Assembly: GCA_003354135.1 (NCBI GenBank)
Contig: PIVK01000006.1
Coordinates: 7,743 to 71,742, forward strand
Source of the DNA: Rhodospirillales bacterium
GTDB taxonomy: Bacteria; Pseudomonadota; Alphaproteobacteria; Rhodospirillales; GLO-3
Length of the DNA stretch: 64,000 nt
Reading direction: 5' to 3'
Part shown: in pieces, positions 47,900-57,518 of the stretch
How positions within the stretch are numbered: position 1 is the stretch's first letter
Layout: each line of letters begins with the position of its first letter
Made by a program: the position numbers and the translations under genes
Notes under the pieces: model-generated
Told to the model about the DNA's origin: nothing
Databases searched by the model: none
What the model saw: only the letters and a program-made list of their open reading frames with translations

Positions 47900-49773
47900 T
47901 GATCGAAGACATTTACACTGATTTTTCGACGACAAATGGGCGACCAATTTTTTGCCATTTTTTGAACCGAGAACTTCATGATTCTCTAGGAAACGAGTTC
48001 AATGGAGACTTATATACGCGCCACTTACAGTATCTTTCCATCACCAACACAGAACCCATGTTTTGCAACGTATCCCAGATATTTGAAGCGAGCTCAACTC
48101 ACGTCCCACTAATAAATGAAATCAAAGAATTAGCCCAAGGTGGGTTGTTTTACGCCCACTCTGAGTATTTTAGAATCAAAGAATTCCTTGAATCTCGTCA
48201 GAATTTATACAGCCATGACACTGAGAGATATCCTATATATTTCAATAGCCCCCCAAAAAACGTGCACTCCATCAAATTACGAAACTTCGGAAATGAAGGG
48301 AGCACAACCGGCTATATTGAACAAAACATAAGGGCCTGGGACCCATTAAATCAGTCTCAAACTGCTACAAAATTGATCCAGCCAAATGACAAGCTTATCC
48401 TTGCGCCCCATGCGTCCAAAATTCAAAACGTAACTTCTAAGCGAGGTGATCTTGGTTTGACAATCGCCCTTTTTCGTCAACAGAGCCCAGATGTACTCTC
48501 TGATCCGATGGTTGATGGTGGATTAAGGCGTTTACTAAGCGCATTGTATGTCTCTCACTATTGTGACGAGTTCAATGCTGTGCGCAGTTGGGGTCTTCCG
48601 TCTATTTCTTACTTCGACGATGGCTATCGACTTCCACTGCTTAACAACATTTTACTCTCCACTTTGATCAATCTAACCGGGCTGAACAGCTTTCTTTCGG
48701 CACAAGATGGGTACGGAATACGTGACAGAATAGATCAATTCTTTTCTTTCGAGAAAAAGATATTTTCGATTCACGCAAAGGATTTTTCTGATGCCCTGAA
48801 AATGGCCTTCTTTTCCTCAGATCAAAAGCACGAAATTCTTGGAGGCTTTTCCCGGGCGATTCAATCGATTCACGCGTTCTCAGATAACACCTGGTCTGAA
48901 CGTGTTCCAAAAACTTACAAAGATGCGCTTAGTGAAGCTACTTTTAGAATCCAAACGATCTCTCATAAACTTTCAGAAAGCAATGAGGGTTTCCGAGAAG
49001 CTATGGAAGTAAATAGATGCACAACACCAAAAATCATAATAGCAACCGCCACTGACCTTGAAGACAAGGTCCTTTTCCAGATTTTTGAAGAAAATGGTAT
49101 CCGAAAAGTTGGATCGGACTACTCAGGAATAAGTTCAATTAGACATTTTGGTGAGCACGGCGGAGTAACAGTATTTCACGTAAGAAGCTCCGCAGGCTCA
49201 ACCGGTTCTTCAGGTGCCCAAGAAACGATAACCGACGCACTAAACCACGTCGGCGCACATATGATCATATCGGCGGGAATCTGCTTTGGTCTGAATGAGA
49301 GCAAGCAAGAGTTAGGAGACATAGCCGTTTCAAGCAAAGTACGGCTGTACGAGCAACAACGGATTAACGAAACACGGTGGCCGTTTTCAAAACCGAACAT
49401 TAATCTTCGGGGAGACTTGATCCCCGCGAGCGCTTTATTGCTCGACCGGATGCGCGAGAAACGGCAGGGTTGGGATAGATGCTCGATCCACGAAGGAGTT
49501 TTCCTCTCCGGCGAGAAACTGGTGGACAACAAACATTTTGTTAAACAGCTTAAATATATTGAACCAGAAGCAGTTGCTGGAGAAATGGAAGGGTCTGGGG
49601 TTTCTTCGGTTGGAGTCCGGAATCGCAAGGATTGGATTGTAATAAAAGGCATATGTGATTGGGGCCACGGCAAGGAGAGGTCTTTTCAGAATGTTGCCGC
49701 AAAAAATACATTTCAGTTTGTTACTGAGGTTATTAAGTCCGGTGGCTTGAATTCCAAGTCGGTCTTAAAATAA
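47899..49773 (+). CDS. large protein: unassigned ~375-aa N-terminal region + C-terminal PNP/MTAN-type nucleosidase domain
   Basis: ATG 47899 overlaps the upstream stop (TGATG). The C-terminal ~245 aa align by eye to E. coli MTAN: KIIIATATDLEDKV / SSAGSTGSSGAQETITDAL...MIISAGICFGL / LGDIAVSS / AVAGEMEGSGVS / WIVIKGICDWGH. The catalytic Glu of xEME and Asp of I(S/C)D are conserved. Confidence 0.75.
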   Translation: MIEDIYTDFSTTNGRPIFCHFLNRELHDSLGNEFNGDLYTRHLQYLSITNTEPMFCNVSQIFEASSTHVPLINEIKELAQGGLFYAHSEYFRIKEFLESRQNLYSHDTERYPIYFNSPPKNVHSIKLRNFGNEGSTTGYIEQNIRAWDPLNQSQTATKLIQPNDKLILAPHASKIQNVTSKRGDLGLTIALFRQQSPDVLSDPMVDGGLRRLLSALYVSHYCDEFNAVRSWGLPSISYFDDGYRLPLLNNILLSTLINLTGLNSFLSAQDGYGIRDRIDQFFSFEKKIFSIHAKDFSDALKMAFFSSDQKHEILGGFSRAIQSIHAFSDNTWSERVPKTYKDALSEATFRIQTISHKLSESNEGFREAMEVNRCTTPKIIIATATDLEDKVLFQIFEENGIRKVGSDYSGISSIRHFGEHGGVTVFHVRSSAGSTGSSGAQETITDALNHVGAHMIISAGICFGLNESKQELGDIAVSSKVRLYEQQRINETRWPFSKPNINLRGDLIPASALLLDRMREKRQGWDRCSIHEGVFLSGEKLVDNKHFVKQLKYIEPEAVAGEMEGSGVSSVGVRNRKDWIVIKGICDWGHGKERSFQNVAAKNTFQFVTEVIKSGGLNSKSVLK

Positions 49774-49926
49774 GCGTAACTGCCCAAGTTGCCGGTTGAG
49801 GATTGGGTTGAGAGAACAGGTTTTGTAGGTTTGGAGCTCTGACCTGAGTTTGCGGCCTGTGGGCGACGTCTTTATATTCGCCAACAAAAACAGCGCCCTA
49901 CAGGATGTGCAGAAAACCGGACACCC

Positions 49927-50688
49927 TCAGTCCTTGACGGCGTAGGCCAGGTAGTTGACGTCCAGGTTGGCGGTCAGGAACCACTCGTCGACCAGCGGGG
50001 TGTAGCCGAGCCCCTTGAGGTCCTCCATCTCCAGGCCGTGCGCCGCCAGGCCGCGCGCCAGTTCCGACGGTTTGACGAACTTTGAGAAGTCGTGGGTGCC
50101 CCTCGGCAACCAACGCAGAATGTATTCGGCGCCGATCTTGGCCAGGGCGAAGGCCTTCACGGTCCGGTTCACCGTCGAGGCCAGCAGCACACCGCCCGGT
50201 TTCACCAGGGCGCACGCCGCTTCGAGGAAGGCGTTCAGGTCGGGCACGTGCTCGACCACCTCCATGACCGTCACGATGTCGAACTGCCGTCCTTCGGACG
50301 CCAGGTCCTCGGGCAGCATGTGGCGGTAGTCGATGTCGAGACCTTCCTGTTCGGCGTGGGTGCGGGCGATACCGATATTCTTCTCGCCGGCATCGATGCC
50401 GGTCACGGTTGCGCCCAGGCGGTGCATCGGTTCCGACAGCAGCCCGCCGCCACAGCCGACGTCCAACAGCGTCAGGCCTTCGAAGGGCCGGTTTCCGGCG
50501 AGATCGCGGGCGAAACGGCGCACCACGTGCGCCCGGACGAAATCGATGCGCGGCGGATTGAGTTGATGCAAGGGCCGGAACTTGCCGTGGGGGTCCCACC
50601 ACTCTTCCGCCATGGCCGTGAAGCGGGCCACCTCGTCTTCGGATGCCGTTCCCGTTGGACCCTCCGCTGCGGCGGTCTTTTCGCCCAT
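49927..50688 (-). CDS. ubiG: bifunctional 3-demethylubiquinol 3-O-methyltransferase / 2-polyprenyl-6-hydroxyphenol methylase
   Basis: ATG 50688. ARFTAMAEEWWDPHGKFRPLHQLNP and LLDVGCGGGLLSE are typical UbiG. Confidence 0.9.
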   Translation of the reverse strand: MGEKTAAAEGPTGTASEDEVARFTAMAEEWWDPHGKFRPLHQLNPPRIDFVRAHVVRRFARDLAGNRPFEGLTLLDVGCGGGLLSEPMHRLGATVTGIDAGEKNIGIARTHAEQEGLDIDYRHMLPEDLASEGRQFDIVTVMEVVEHVPDLNAFLEAACALVKPGGVLLASTVNRTVKAFALAKIGAEYILRWLPRGTHDFSKFVKPSELARGLAAHGLEMEDLKGLGYTPLVDEWFLTANLDVNYLAYAVKD

Positions 50689-50821
50689 ATTCCTGCTCCG
50701 GCTTCGCTTGCCTCTAGGGATCGTTGAGAGTATGTATACGCGCTCACCCCACCACAGCAAGCGTCGGATGCCTTTTCATGCGTTCCGGGGTCTGGCGGAC
50801 TGTCATCCGGGAAGGTTGATC

Positions 50822-52042
50822 ATGGCCCGTATCGTCATGAAATTCGGCGGCACCTCGGTCGTCAACATCGAGCGCATTGAAGCGGTCGCCGACAAGGTCA
50901 AAGGTGAGGTGGACGCTGGCAACCAGGTCGGCGTCGTGGTTTCGGCCATGGCCGGCGTTACCAACCAGCTGGTCGCCTATGTGGACGAGATTTCGACGCT
51001 CTACGACGCCCGCGAATACGACGTAGTGGTCTCGACAGGCGAGCAGGTGACGTCGGGGCTCCTGGCCCTGGCCCTACAGAAACGCGGCCTCGATGCCCGG
51101 TCGTGTCTCGGCTGGCAGATTCCGGTCGAGACCGACGACGCACACGGCAAGGCCCGCATCACCGCCATCCGGGCGGACCGGGTGGTCGAGTGGATGGAAA
51201 AGGGAAAGGTGGTGGTCGTGCCCGGCTTCCAGGGCGTGGCCCCGGACGGTCGCGTGACCACGCTGGGCCGAGGCGGCTCGGACACCAGCGCCGTGGCGCT
51301 GGCGGCTGCCGTCGAAGCGGACCTGTGTGACATCTACACCGACGTGAGCGGCGTCTATACCAGCGATCCCCGCATCGTTGCCAAGGCCCGCAAGCTGGAT
51401 AAAATCACCTATGAGGAAATGCTGGAGATGGCGTCCGTCGGCGCCAAGGTCCTCCAGACCCGCTCGGTCGAAATGGCCATGAAACATGAGGTGCGTCTCC
51501 AGGTGCGCTCGAGCTATTCGGACGAACCGGGAACCCTTGTCGTCGGAGAGGACGAAATCGTGGAACAGGAACTCGTTAGCGGAATTACCTGCAGTCGGGA
51601 CGAAGCCAAGATCACACTAACCTGTGTGGCCGACCGCCCCGGCGTCGCCGCCACCATATTCGGCCCCCTGGCCGACGCGGCCATCAACGTGGACATGATC
51701 GTCCAGAACGTTTCGGCCGACGGCAAGTCCACCGACCTGACGTTCACGGTAGCCGAGGCCGACCGCGAGAAGGCGGTCCAGACCCTGAAAGCGGAAAAAT
51801 CCGAACTCGGCTTCCTGGAGATCCTGTCCGATTCCGATGTGGTCAAGGTCTCGGTGATCGGCATGGGCATGCGTTCGCATGTCGGCGTGGCACAGAAGAT
51901 GTTCTCGGCCCTGGCCGACAAGGGCATCAACATCCAGGTCATCTCGACCTCGGAGATCAAGGTTTCCGTCCTCATCGAAGAGGAATACACGGAGTTGGCG
52001 CTGCGGGCACTCCACCACGCCTACGGCCTGGACGCGAAGTGA
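50822..52042 (+). CDS. lysC: aspartate kinase
   Basis: [13 protein letters not shown]... with full-length similarity and two C-terminal ACT domains. Confidence 0.93.
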   Translation: MARIVMKFGGTSVVNIERIEAVADKVKGEVDAGNQVGVVVSAMAGVTNQLVAYVDEISTLYDAREYDVVVSTGEQVTSGLLALALQKRGLDARSCLGWQIPVETDDAHGKARITAIRADRVVEWMEKGKVVVVPGFQGVAPDGRVTTLGRGGSDTSAVALAAAVEADLCDIYTDVSGVYTSDPRIVAKARKLDKITYEEMLEMASVGAKVLQTRSVEMAMKHEVRLQVRSSYSDEPGTLVVGEDEIVEQELVSGITCSRDEAKITLTCVADRPGVAATIFGPLADAAINVDMIVQNVSADGKSTDLTFTVAEADREKAVQTLKAEKSELGFLEILSDSDVVKVSVIGMGMRSHVGVAQKMFSALADKGINIQVISTSEIKVSVLIEEEYTELALRALHHAYGLDAK

Positions 52043-52051
52043 GCAAGAACC

Positions 52052-53071
52052 ATGTCACCTGAAAACCGGCTCGACCAACTGTGGAAACGCGGGCGCGATT
52101 TCCTGGGCACCCATTATGCCATCCTGGGCGGCGCCATGTCCTGGATCTCGGAGCGCCACCTGGTGTCTGCCATTTCCAACGCCGGGGGCTTCGGAGTCAT
52201 CGCCTGCGGCTCCATGACGCCCGACCTCCTGGACAAGGAAATCGCCGCCACCAAGGCGATGACGGAGAAGCCGTTCGGGGTCAACCTAATTACCATGCAC
52301 CCCGACCTGGAGGCACTGATCGACGCCTGTATCGACCATGGCATATCCCATGTGGTGCTTGCCGGCGGACTGCCGAGCGCCAAGGACATCAAGCGGATCA
52401 AGGATTCCGGGGCCAAGGTCGTCTGTTTCGCTCCGGCTTTGGTTCTCGCCAAACGCTTGATCCGCAACGGCGCCGACGCGCTGGTCGTCGAAGGCTCGGA
52501 GGCCGGCGGTCACATCGGCCCCGTGTCAACCAGCGTCCTGGCCCAGGAGATCCTGCCGCAGATCAAGGACGTACCGGTCTTCGTCGCCGGCGGCATCGGC
52601 CGCGGCGAGGCTATGCTGTCCTACCTCGAGATGGGTGCGGCGGGCTGCCAGCTCGGCACCCGCTTCGTCTGCGCCACCGAATGCATCGCGCACCCCAAAT
52701 TCAAGCAGGCCTTCGTCAAGGCCCATGCCCGAGACGCCATTCCCACCGTTCAGGTGGACCCCAAGTTCCCCGTCATCCCCGTGCGCGCATTGAGCAACGA
52801 GGGCACCAAGCACTTCGCCGAGATCCAGATCGAGGTCATCGGCAAGGTGAACGCCGGTGAGCTCGACCAGAAAGCGGCTCAGCTCGAGATCGAGCGCTTC
52901 TGGGCCGGCGCCCTCAAACGGGCAGCCATAGACGGCGACGTGGAAACCGGATCAGTCATGGCTGGGCAGAGCGTCGGGATGGTAACCTCGGAACAGCCGG
53001 CCGCCGAAATCATGCGGGATCTGGTCGACCAAGCCTTGACGGCCCTGGCGGAACGCGACGCAGACGGTTGA
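52052..53071 (+). CDS. NAD(P)H-dependent flavin oxidoreductase (nitronate monooxygenase / FabK-like TIM barrel)
   Basis: ILGGAMSWISERHLVSAISNAGGFGVI..., ALVVEGSEAGGHIG, FVAGGI. Confidence 0.85.
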   Translation: MSPENRLDQLWKRGRDFLGTHYAILGGAMSWISERHLVSAISNAGGFGVIACGSMTPDLLDKEIAATKAMTEKPFGVNLITMHPDLEALIDACIDHGISHVVLAGGLPSAKDIKRIKDSGAKVVCFAPALVLAKRLIRNGADALVVEGSEAGGHIGPVSTSVLAQEILPQIKDVPVFVAGGIGRGEAMLSYLEMGAAGCQLGTRFVCATECIAHPKFKQAFVKAHARDAIPTVQVDPKFPVIPVRALSNEGTKHFAEIQIEVIGKVNAGELDQKAAQLEIERFWAGALKRAAIDGDVETGSVMAGQSVGMVTSEQPAAEIMRDLVDQALTALAERDADG

Positions 53072-53095
53072 CGCCAGTCGCCGAGTTCAACCAAG

Positions 53096-53137
53096 CCCGT
53101 AGTTTGGCGCATATGGCCCGCAGTTTGGCGCATATGG
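53096..53137 (+). repeat. 21-nt tandem duplication (cccgYagtttggcgcatatgg x2)
   Basis: Copies at 53096-53116 and 53117-53137 differ at one position. Lies at the 5' edge of the ptsP relic. Confidence 0.9.
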
Positions 53138-53139
53138 AA

Positions 53140-53440
53140 TGGCAGCGCGAAGAGGCGCGGGGCACGCCCATGCTCACATTCCTGCACCAGATCCTCGATC
53201 ACTGCCGGACGACCGCCCCCCCCGTCAGCCTTTGCAGCGAAATGGCCAGCCGTCCGTTGGAGGCTATGACGTTGATCGGATTGGGTTTCCGTGACCCCGG
53301 CCGCCGTCGGCCCGATCAAGACCATGATCCGCAGCCTGCACACTCCTGTCCTGGCCGAGTACGTGGATCATCTGTGCCTGTCCACAGATCACAGTCTGCG
53401 CGAGACCATGGTATCCTGGTGTAACGGGACCCGTGCTTAG
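53140..53440 (+). pseudogene. ptsP: relic of the 3' end of ptsP (PTS-Ntr enzyme I)
   Basis: ...HQILDHCRTTAPPVSLCSEMASRPLEAMTLIGLGF matches the EI C-terminus (..vsvCGEMAg.P....LiGLGf..lSm). After a frame shift it continues as SVTPAAVGPIKTMIRSL...*. Only about 100 of the ~750 expected codons remain. Confidence 0.55.
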
Positions 53441-53624
53441 GTCGACCTTCAAAGGGAATACGCTAAGTCATTGGAACACGCGGCTTGTTCGCTGCTGTTT
53501 CCGGGTTGAATTTTTCAAGCAGTCTGGCAGAATAGCCGCGCCGAACGGTCGATAGGACAACATACGGTCCTGAGATCGGTCAGCGGACCCCTGATCAAAA
53601 TCCTGGAAGAACTTCTGGCACCAC

Positions 53625-54917
53625 ATGAGCGAAAGCCACTCCATTCCTGAAGCCGACAAAGCGACCGAGACGGCCCCAGATTCCGAAGAGACGGCGGGAG
53701 GTGTCGGCGGATTGCTGAAGGCGTCCCGCGAGCGTTGCGGCGAGGATCTCCGCGAGGTGGCCGGAGCATTGCATATCCGCTTTGCCTTCCTGGAAGCCAT
53801 CGAGGCTGGACGGTTCGAGGAATTGCCCGGCTCCACCTACGCCTTCGGGTTCATCCGCTCCTACGCCGAGTATCTCGGCCTGGACGCTGACGAAGTCGTC
53901 CGACGTTTTCGCGCCGAGGCTACCCCGTCAGCCCAGAAAGCCGGCAGCCTGTCCTTCCCGACGCCCGTTGCCGAAACCGGAGTGCCCAAGGGCGCCGTCG
54001 TCTTCGTCGGTCTCCTTATGGTGTTGATGGCCTACGGCATCTGGTATGTCAGCACATCCGAGCAAGATCCGATCGCGGCCCAGGTCTCTCCGGTGCCGGA
54101 ACGGATGGGCGAAAGCGCCGCGCCGCCTAAGCCGGTAGACACGCCGACCCAGGTTGTAGAATCCGCCAAACCGACACCGGAAGAGAGCACGGAGGTTCCC
54201 CGGATATCCGAGGCGACGCCCGAGCCGGCGCCGGAAGAGAGCACGGAGGCTCCCCGGATATCCGAGGCGACGCCCGTGCCGGCGCCGGAAGAGAGCACGG
54301 AGGCTCCCCGGATATCCGAGGCGACGCCCGAGCCGGAGCCGGAAGCGGCCGCACAGGCCGCCGTGGAACCGCAGCCGGAGCCGGAGGAGACCACGACGCC
54401 GGCGACGGAGCCGGAAGAGCCCGCGCCTGTCGCAGAACCCGCCCCAGTGGCAGAGGCGTCGCCGGAATTTGAGGCCACACCAACTGAAGAGACGACACCG
54501 GAGGAACAATCCACGACGGAGGGTGCCTCCGTCCCGGAACAAACCACTCGGCCGGAAGAGAGTGGAGCGCCCGAGACCGAGGCGGCCGTGGCAGCGGACG
54601 CCGAAGATCAGCCGGTCCGTGTCTTCGGTGCCGAAGAAGATGAGTCCCGAATCACCGTACGTGCCACCGCCGATAGCTGGATCCAGGTGCACGACGATAC
54701 AGCCAACAAACTTTTGCTCACCCGGTTGCTCAGGTCCGGCGACATCTACCGGGTGCCGGACCGCGAGGGCCTGATGCTGCTGACCGGAAACGCGGGCGTG
54801 CTCGAGATCATGGTTGACGGCGAACAGGTTCCCTCCATCGGACCCGTTGGTGCGGTCCGGCGCAATGTGTCGCTGGACGGCGAGCGCCTCAAGGGCGGCA
54901 CGGCCGTCGACAATTAG
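53625..54917 (+). CDS. rodZ: RodZ-like cytoskeleton protein (HTH + TM + Pro/Glu-rich linker + DUF4115)
   Basis: N-terminal XRE-type HTH ([33 protein letters not shown]), a single TM helix, a repetitive acidic linker and a C-terminal DUF4115-like region ([10 protein letters not shown]...). Sits upstream of ispG-hisS as in many Proteobacteria. Confidence 0.8.
   Translation: MSESHSIPEADKATETAPDSEETAGGVGGLLKASRERCGEDLREVAGALHIRFAFLEAIEAGRFEELPGSTYAFGFIRSYAEYLGLDADEVVRRFRAEATPSAQKAGSLSFPTPVAETGVPKGAVVFVGLLMVLMAYGIWYVSTSEQDPIAAQVSPVPERMGESAAPPKPVDTPTQVVESAKPTPEESTEVPRISEATPEPAPEESTEAPRISEATPVPAPEESTEAPRISEATPEPEPEAAAQAAVEPQPEPEETTTPATEPEEPAPVAEPAPVAEASPEFEATPTEETTPEEQSTTEGASVPEQTTRPEESGAPETEAAVAADAEDQPVRVFGAEEDESRITVRATADSWIQVHDDTANKLLLTRLLRSGDIYRVPDREGLMLLTGNAGVLEIMVDGEQVPSIGPVGAVRRNVSLDGERLKGGTAVDN
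54178..54339 (+). repeat. 3 x 54-nt in-frame tandem repeat (PEESTE[V/A]PRISEATP[E/V]PA)
   Basis: Unit starts at 54178, 54232 and 54286, with a partial fourth at 54340. Nearly identical at the DNA level. Confidence 0.9.
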
Positions 54918-55018
54918 CCAACCTTGCGAACCGACCAGACCCGGCTCGACCTGTTTTCGTCCGGCCGTATCTCGGGGATTTAATCCGCTGGGATTTTCTG
55001 AAAGAGACGCCACACCCT

Positions 55019-56257
55019 ATGAATTCCGGCCCCAGCCATTCGATCCAGAAGCGCAAAAGCGTTGCCGTCGATGTCGACGGGGTCATCATTGGCGGTGAGG
55101 CCCCCATCGTCGTCCAGTCCATGACCAATACCGACACGGCGGACGTTGATGCCAGCGTGGCCCAGGTAGCGGCCTTGGCCCGAGCCGGATCCGAACTGGT
55201 CCGTCTTAGCGTCAACAGCAAGGAGGCCGCCGAGGCGGTGCCCCGTATCCGCGAAAGGCTGGATGCCTTGAACATCGGTGTCCCGTTGATCGGCGACTTC
55301 CACTTTATCGGCCACAAGCTTCTGGCCGAACATCCATCCTGCGCCGAAGCCCTGGCCAAGTACCGGATCAACCCCGGAAATGTGGGCCGGGGGGCCAAGA
55401 AAGACGCATATTTTTCGGCCATGATCGAGGCCGCGATGAATTACGGCAAACCGGTCCGTATCGGCGTCAACTGGGGCAGCCTCGACCAGGAACTGGTGGC
55501 GCGAATGATGGACGGGAATGCCCGCTCGTCCCACCCCCGCGATACCGCCGAGATCACCCGCGAAGCCCTCGTGGTGTCCGCCGTCGAGAGTGCGAAACGG
55601 GCCGAGGAACTGGGCCTGGGCCGCGACAAGATCGTGCTGTCATGTAAGGTAAGCGGCGTACAGGACCTGATCGCCGTCTACCGCGACCTCGCCGGCCGCG
55701 GCGATTACGCCCTCCATTTGGGACTCACCGAAGCAGGCATGGGCTCTAAAGGCATCGTGGCCTCCAGCGCCTCGATGGGCGTTCTTCTGCAGGAAGGGAT
55801 CGGCGACACCATCCGTATCTCGCTGACCCCCGAACCCGGAGGGGCGCGGACCCGAGAGGTCATCGTTGCCCAGGAACTTTTGCAGACCATGGGGCTGCGT
55901 GCCTTCTCGCCGCAGATCACGAGCTGTCCCGGATGTGGGCGCACCACATCGAGCTTCTTCCAGGAATTGGCTAACGAAATCCAAACCCACATCCGCGACA
56001 GCATGCCCGAATGGCGAAAGGCCTATGCCGGCGTCGAGAACATGACGCTGGCCGTCATGGGCTGCGTGGTCAACGGCCCGGGCGAAAGCAAACATGCCGA
56101 TATCGGCATCTCCCTGCCAGGCACCGGAGAAGACCCCTCGGCACCGGTCTTCATCGATGGCAAAAAGGCGATAACGCTGAAGGGGACGAACATCGCCGCC
56201 GAGTTCCGCAAGACCGTCGACGACTACGTCGCCACCCACTATGAGAAGCGAGGTTGA
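55019..56257 (+). CDS. ispG: 4-hydroxy-3-methylbut-2-en-1-yl diphosphate synthase (flavodoxin)
   Basis: 412 aa with full-length GcpE similarity. Fe-S cysteines include SCPGCGRT and [10 protein letters not shown]. Confidence 0.93.
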   Translation: MNSGPSHSIQKRKSVAVDVDGVIIGGEAPIVVQSMTNTDTADVDASVAQVAALARAGSELVRLSVNSKEAAEAVPRIRERLDALNIGVPLIGDFHFIGHKLLAEHPSCAEALAKYRINPGNVGRGAKKDAYFSAMIEAAMNYGKPVRIGVNWGSLDQELVARMMDGNARSSHPRDTAEITREALVVSAVESAKRAEELGLGRDKIVLSCKVSGVQDLIAVYRDLAGRGDYALHLGLTEAGMGSKGIVASSASMGVLLQEGIGDTIRISLTPEPGGARTREVIVAQELLQTMGLRAFSPQITSCPGCGRTTSSFFQELANEIQTHIRDSMPEWRKAYAGVENMTLAVMGCVVNGPGESKHADIGISLPGTGEDPSAPVFIDGKKAITLKGTNIAAEFRKTVDDYVATHYEKRG

Positions 56258-56263
56258 ACCGTC

Positions 56264-57508
56264 ATGGTATCTCTGCAGCCCGTTCGCGGCACCCACGATC
56301 TTCTGGTCGATGACAAGCGCCGCCATGTGCACGTCGAGGAGACGGCGCGGGCCATCGCCGCCCGTTACGGCTTCGAGGAGATATCTACCCCCATCTTCGA
56401 ATTTACGGAGGTGTTCGCTCGCACGCTCGGCGAGACATCCGACATCGTGACCAAGGAGATGTATACCTTCGATGACAAGAGCGGAGAGAGCATCACCCTC
56501 CGTCCCGAAGGCACGGCGGGCGTGGCGCGGGCTTTTATCTCGGGCGGTCTGCAGCAGAGCCTGCCGCTGAAACTCTTCTACCGGGGCCCCATGTTCCGCC
56601 GCGAGCGCCCGCAGAAGGGCCGCCAGCGCCAATTTCACCAAGTGGGCGTAGAACTGCTGGGCCCCGACAAGCCGATGGCCGACGCCGAGGTCATCGCCAT
56701 GGGTGCCGACTTCCTGGCCGAACTGGGCCTGGCGGGGAAGATCGTCTGCGAGATCAACACGCTCGGCGATACGGAAAGCCGCAACGCCTACCGTGACATT
56801 CTGGTCGGCTATTTCAATGACTTTCACGACCGCCTGTCCGAGGACAGCCTGATCCGCCTCAAAAAAAACCCCTTGCGCGTTCTCGATTCCAAGGATGAAG
56901 AGGACAAGGCCGTAGTCGCCGGCGCGCCCACCATGGCCGACAGCCTCAACGACGCCTCAAGGCGGTTCTTCGACGACCTGCTGGCCAGCCTCGAAGCTGT
57001 CGGCGTCGCCTACGAGATCAACCACAAGCTGGTCCGCGGCCTCGACTATTACTGCCATACGGCCTTCGAATTCACCACCGACGCCCTGGGCGCCCAAGGA
57101 ACGGTTCTGGCGGGCGGACGCTACGACGGTCTGATCAAACAGATGGGCGGACCTCCGACGGCGGGGGTTGGCTGGGCGGCAGGCGTCGAGCGTCTGGCCA
57201 TGCTGGTGGACGAACCGCCGGCCAGGCCGCGTCCGGTGGCCTTGGTGCCCGTGGGCGCCGACACCCAGGACAAGGCTTTCACCATCGCCTTCGAACTGCG
57301 TCGTGCCGGTCTGACCGTCGACATGGGGTACTCGGGCAACCTGAAAAAACGCATGAACCGCGCCAACAAGGTGAACGCCGTTGCAGCCGTGATCTTGGGG
57401 TCCGAGGAGATGGAACGGGGTCTCGCCACCGTCCGCGACATGGAAAGTGGCGAACAGACCGAAGTGCCGTTCTCCGAGTTGCTTCCCCACATGGCCCGCT
57501 ACCGCTGA
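56264..57508 (+). CDS. hisS: histidine--tRNA ligase
   Basis: Class II motifs (FRRERPQKGRQRQFHQ, GGRYDGL) and a C-terminal anticodon-binding domain. Confidence 0.93.
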   Translation: MVSLQPVRGTHDLLVDDKRRHVHVEETARAIAARYGFEEISTPIFEFTEVFARTLGETSDIVTKEMYTFDDKSGESITLRPEGTAGVARAFISGGLQQSLPLKLFYRGPMFRRERPQKGRQRQFHQVGVELLGPDKPMADAEVIAMGADFLAELGLAGKIVCEINTLGDTESRNAYRDILVGYFNDFHDRLSEDSLIRLKKNPLRVLDSKDEEDKAVVAGAPTMADSLNDASRRFFDDLLASLEAVGVAYEINHKLVRGLDYYCHTAFEFTTDALGAQGTVLAGGRYDGLIKQMGGPPTAGVGWAAGVERLAMLVDEPPARPRPVALVPVGADTQDKAFTIAFELRRAGLTVDMGYSGNLKKRMNRANKVNAVAAVILGSEEMERGLATVRDMESGEQTEVPFSELLPHMARYR

Positions 57509-57518
57509 CGGAGCCACC

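Larger units (their letters stand above)
46066..49870 (+). mobile_element. AT-rich genomic islet inserted at the 3' end of tRNA-Arg(CCU); no integrase
   Basis: Composition drops abruptly right after the tRNA CCA end and recovers just before the ubiG stop. Three genes with AT-rich codon usage. Only a weak possible att remnant (cctgtgggcgac at 49856-49867, versus cctgtcgggcgcac in the tRNA). Confidence 0.7.

Noticed and set aside
49856-49867. cctgtgggcgac as the attR copy of the tRNA-Arg 3' end (cctgtcgggcgcac), marking the right border of islet 2.
   Set aside because: It is only about 12 nt and needs two indels. That is too short and degenerate to tell from chance in GC-rich DNA. It is kept only as a weak note in the islet feature.
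56264-57508. The HisS-like gene as HisZ, the regulatory partner needed by the short-form HisG seen at 15967..16635.
   Set aside because: It retains class II catalytic motifs (including GGRYDGL) and a full anticodon-binding domain. It also sits in the ispG-hisS context, so it is the synthetase. hisZ must be elsewhere.
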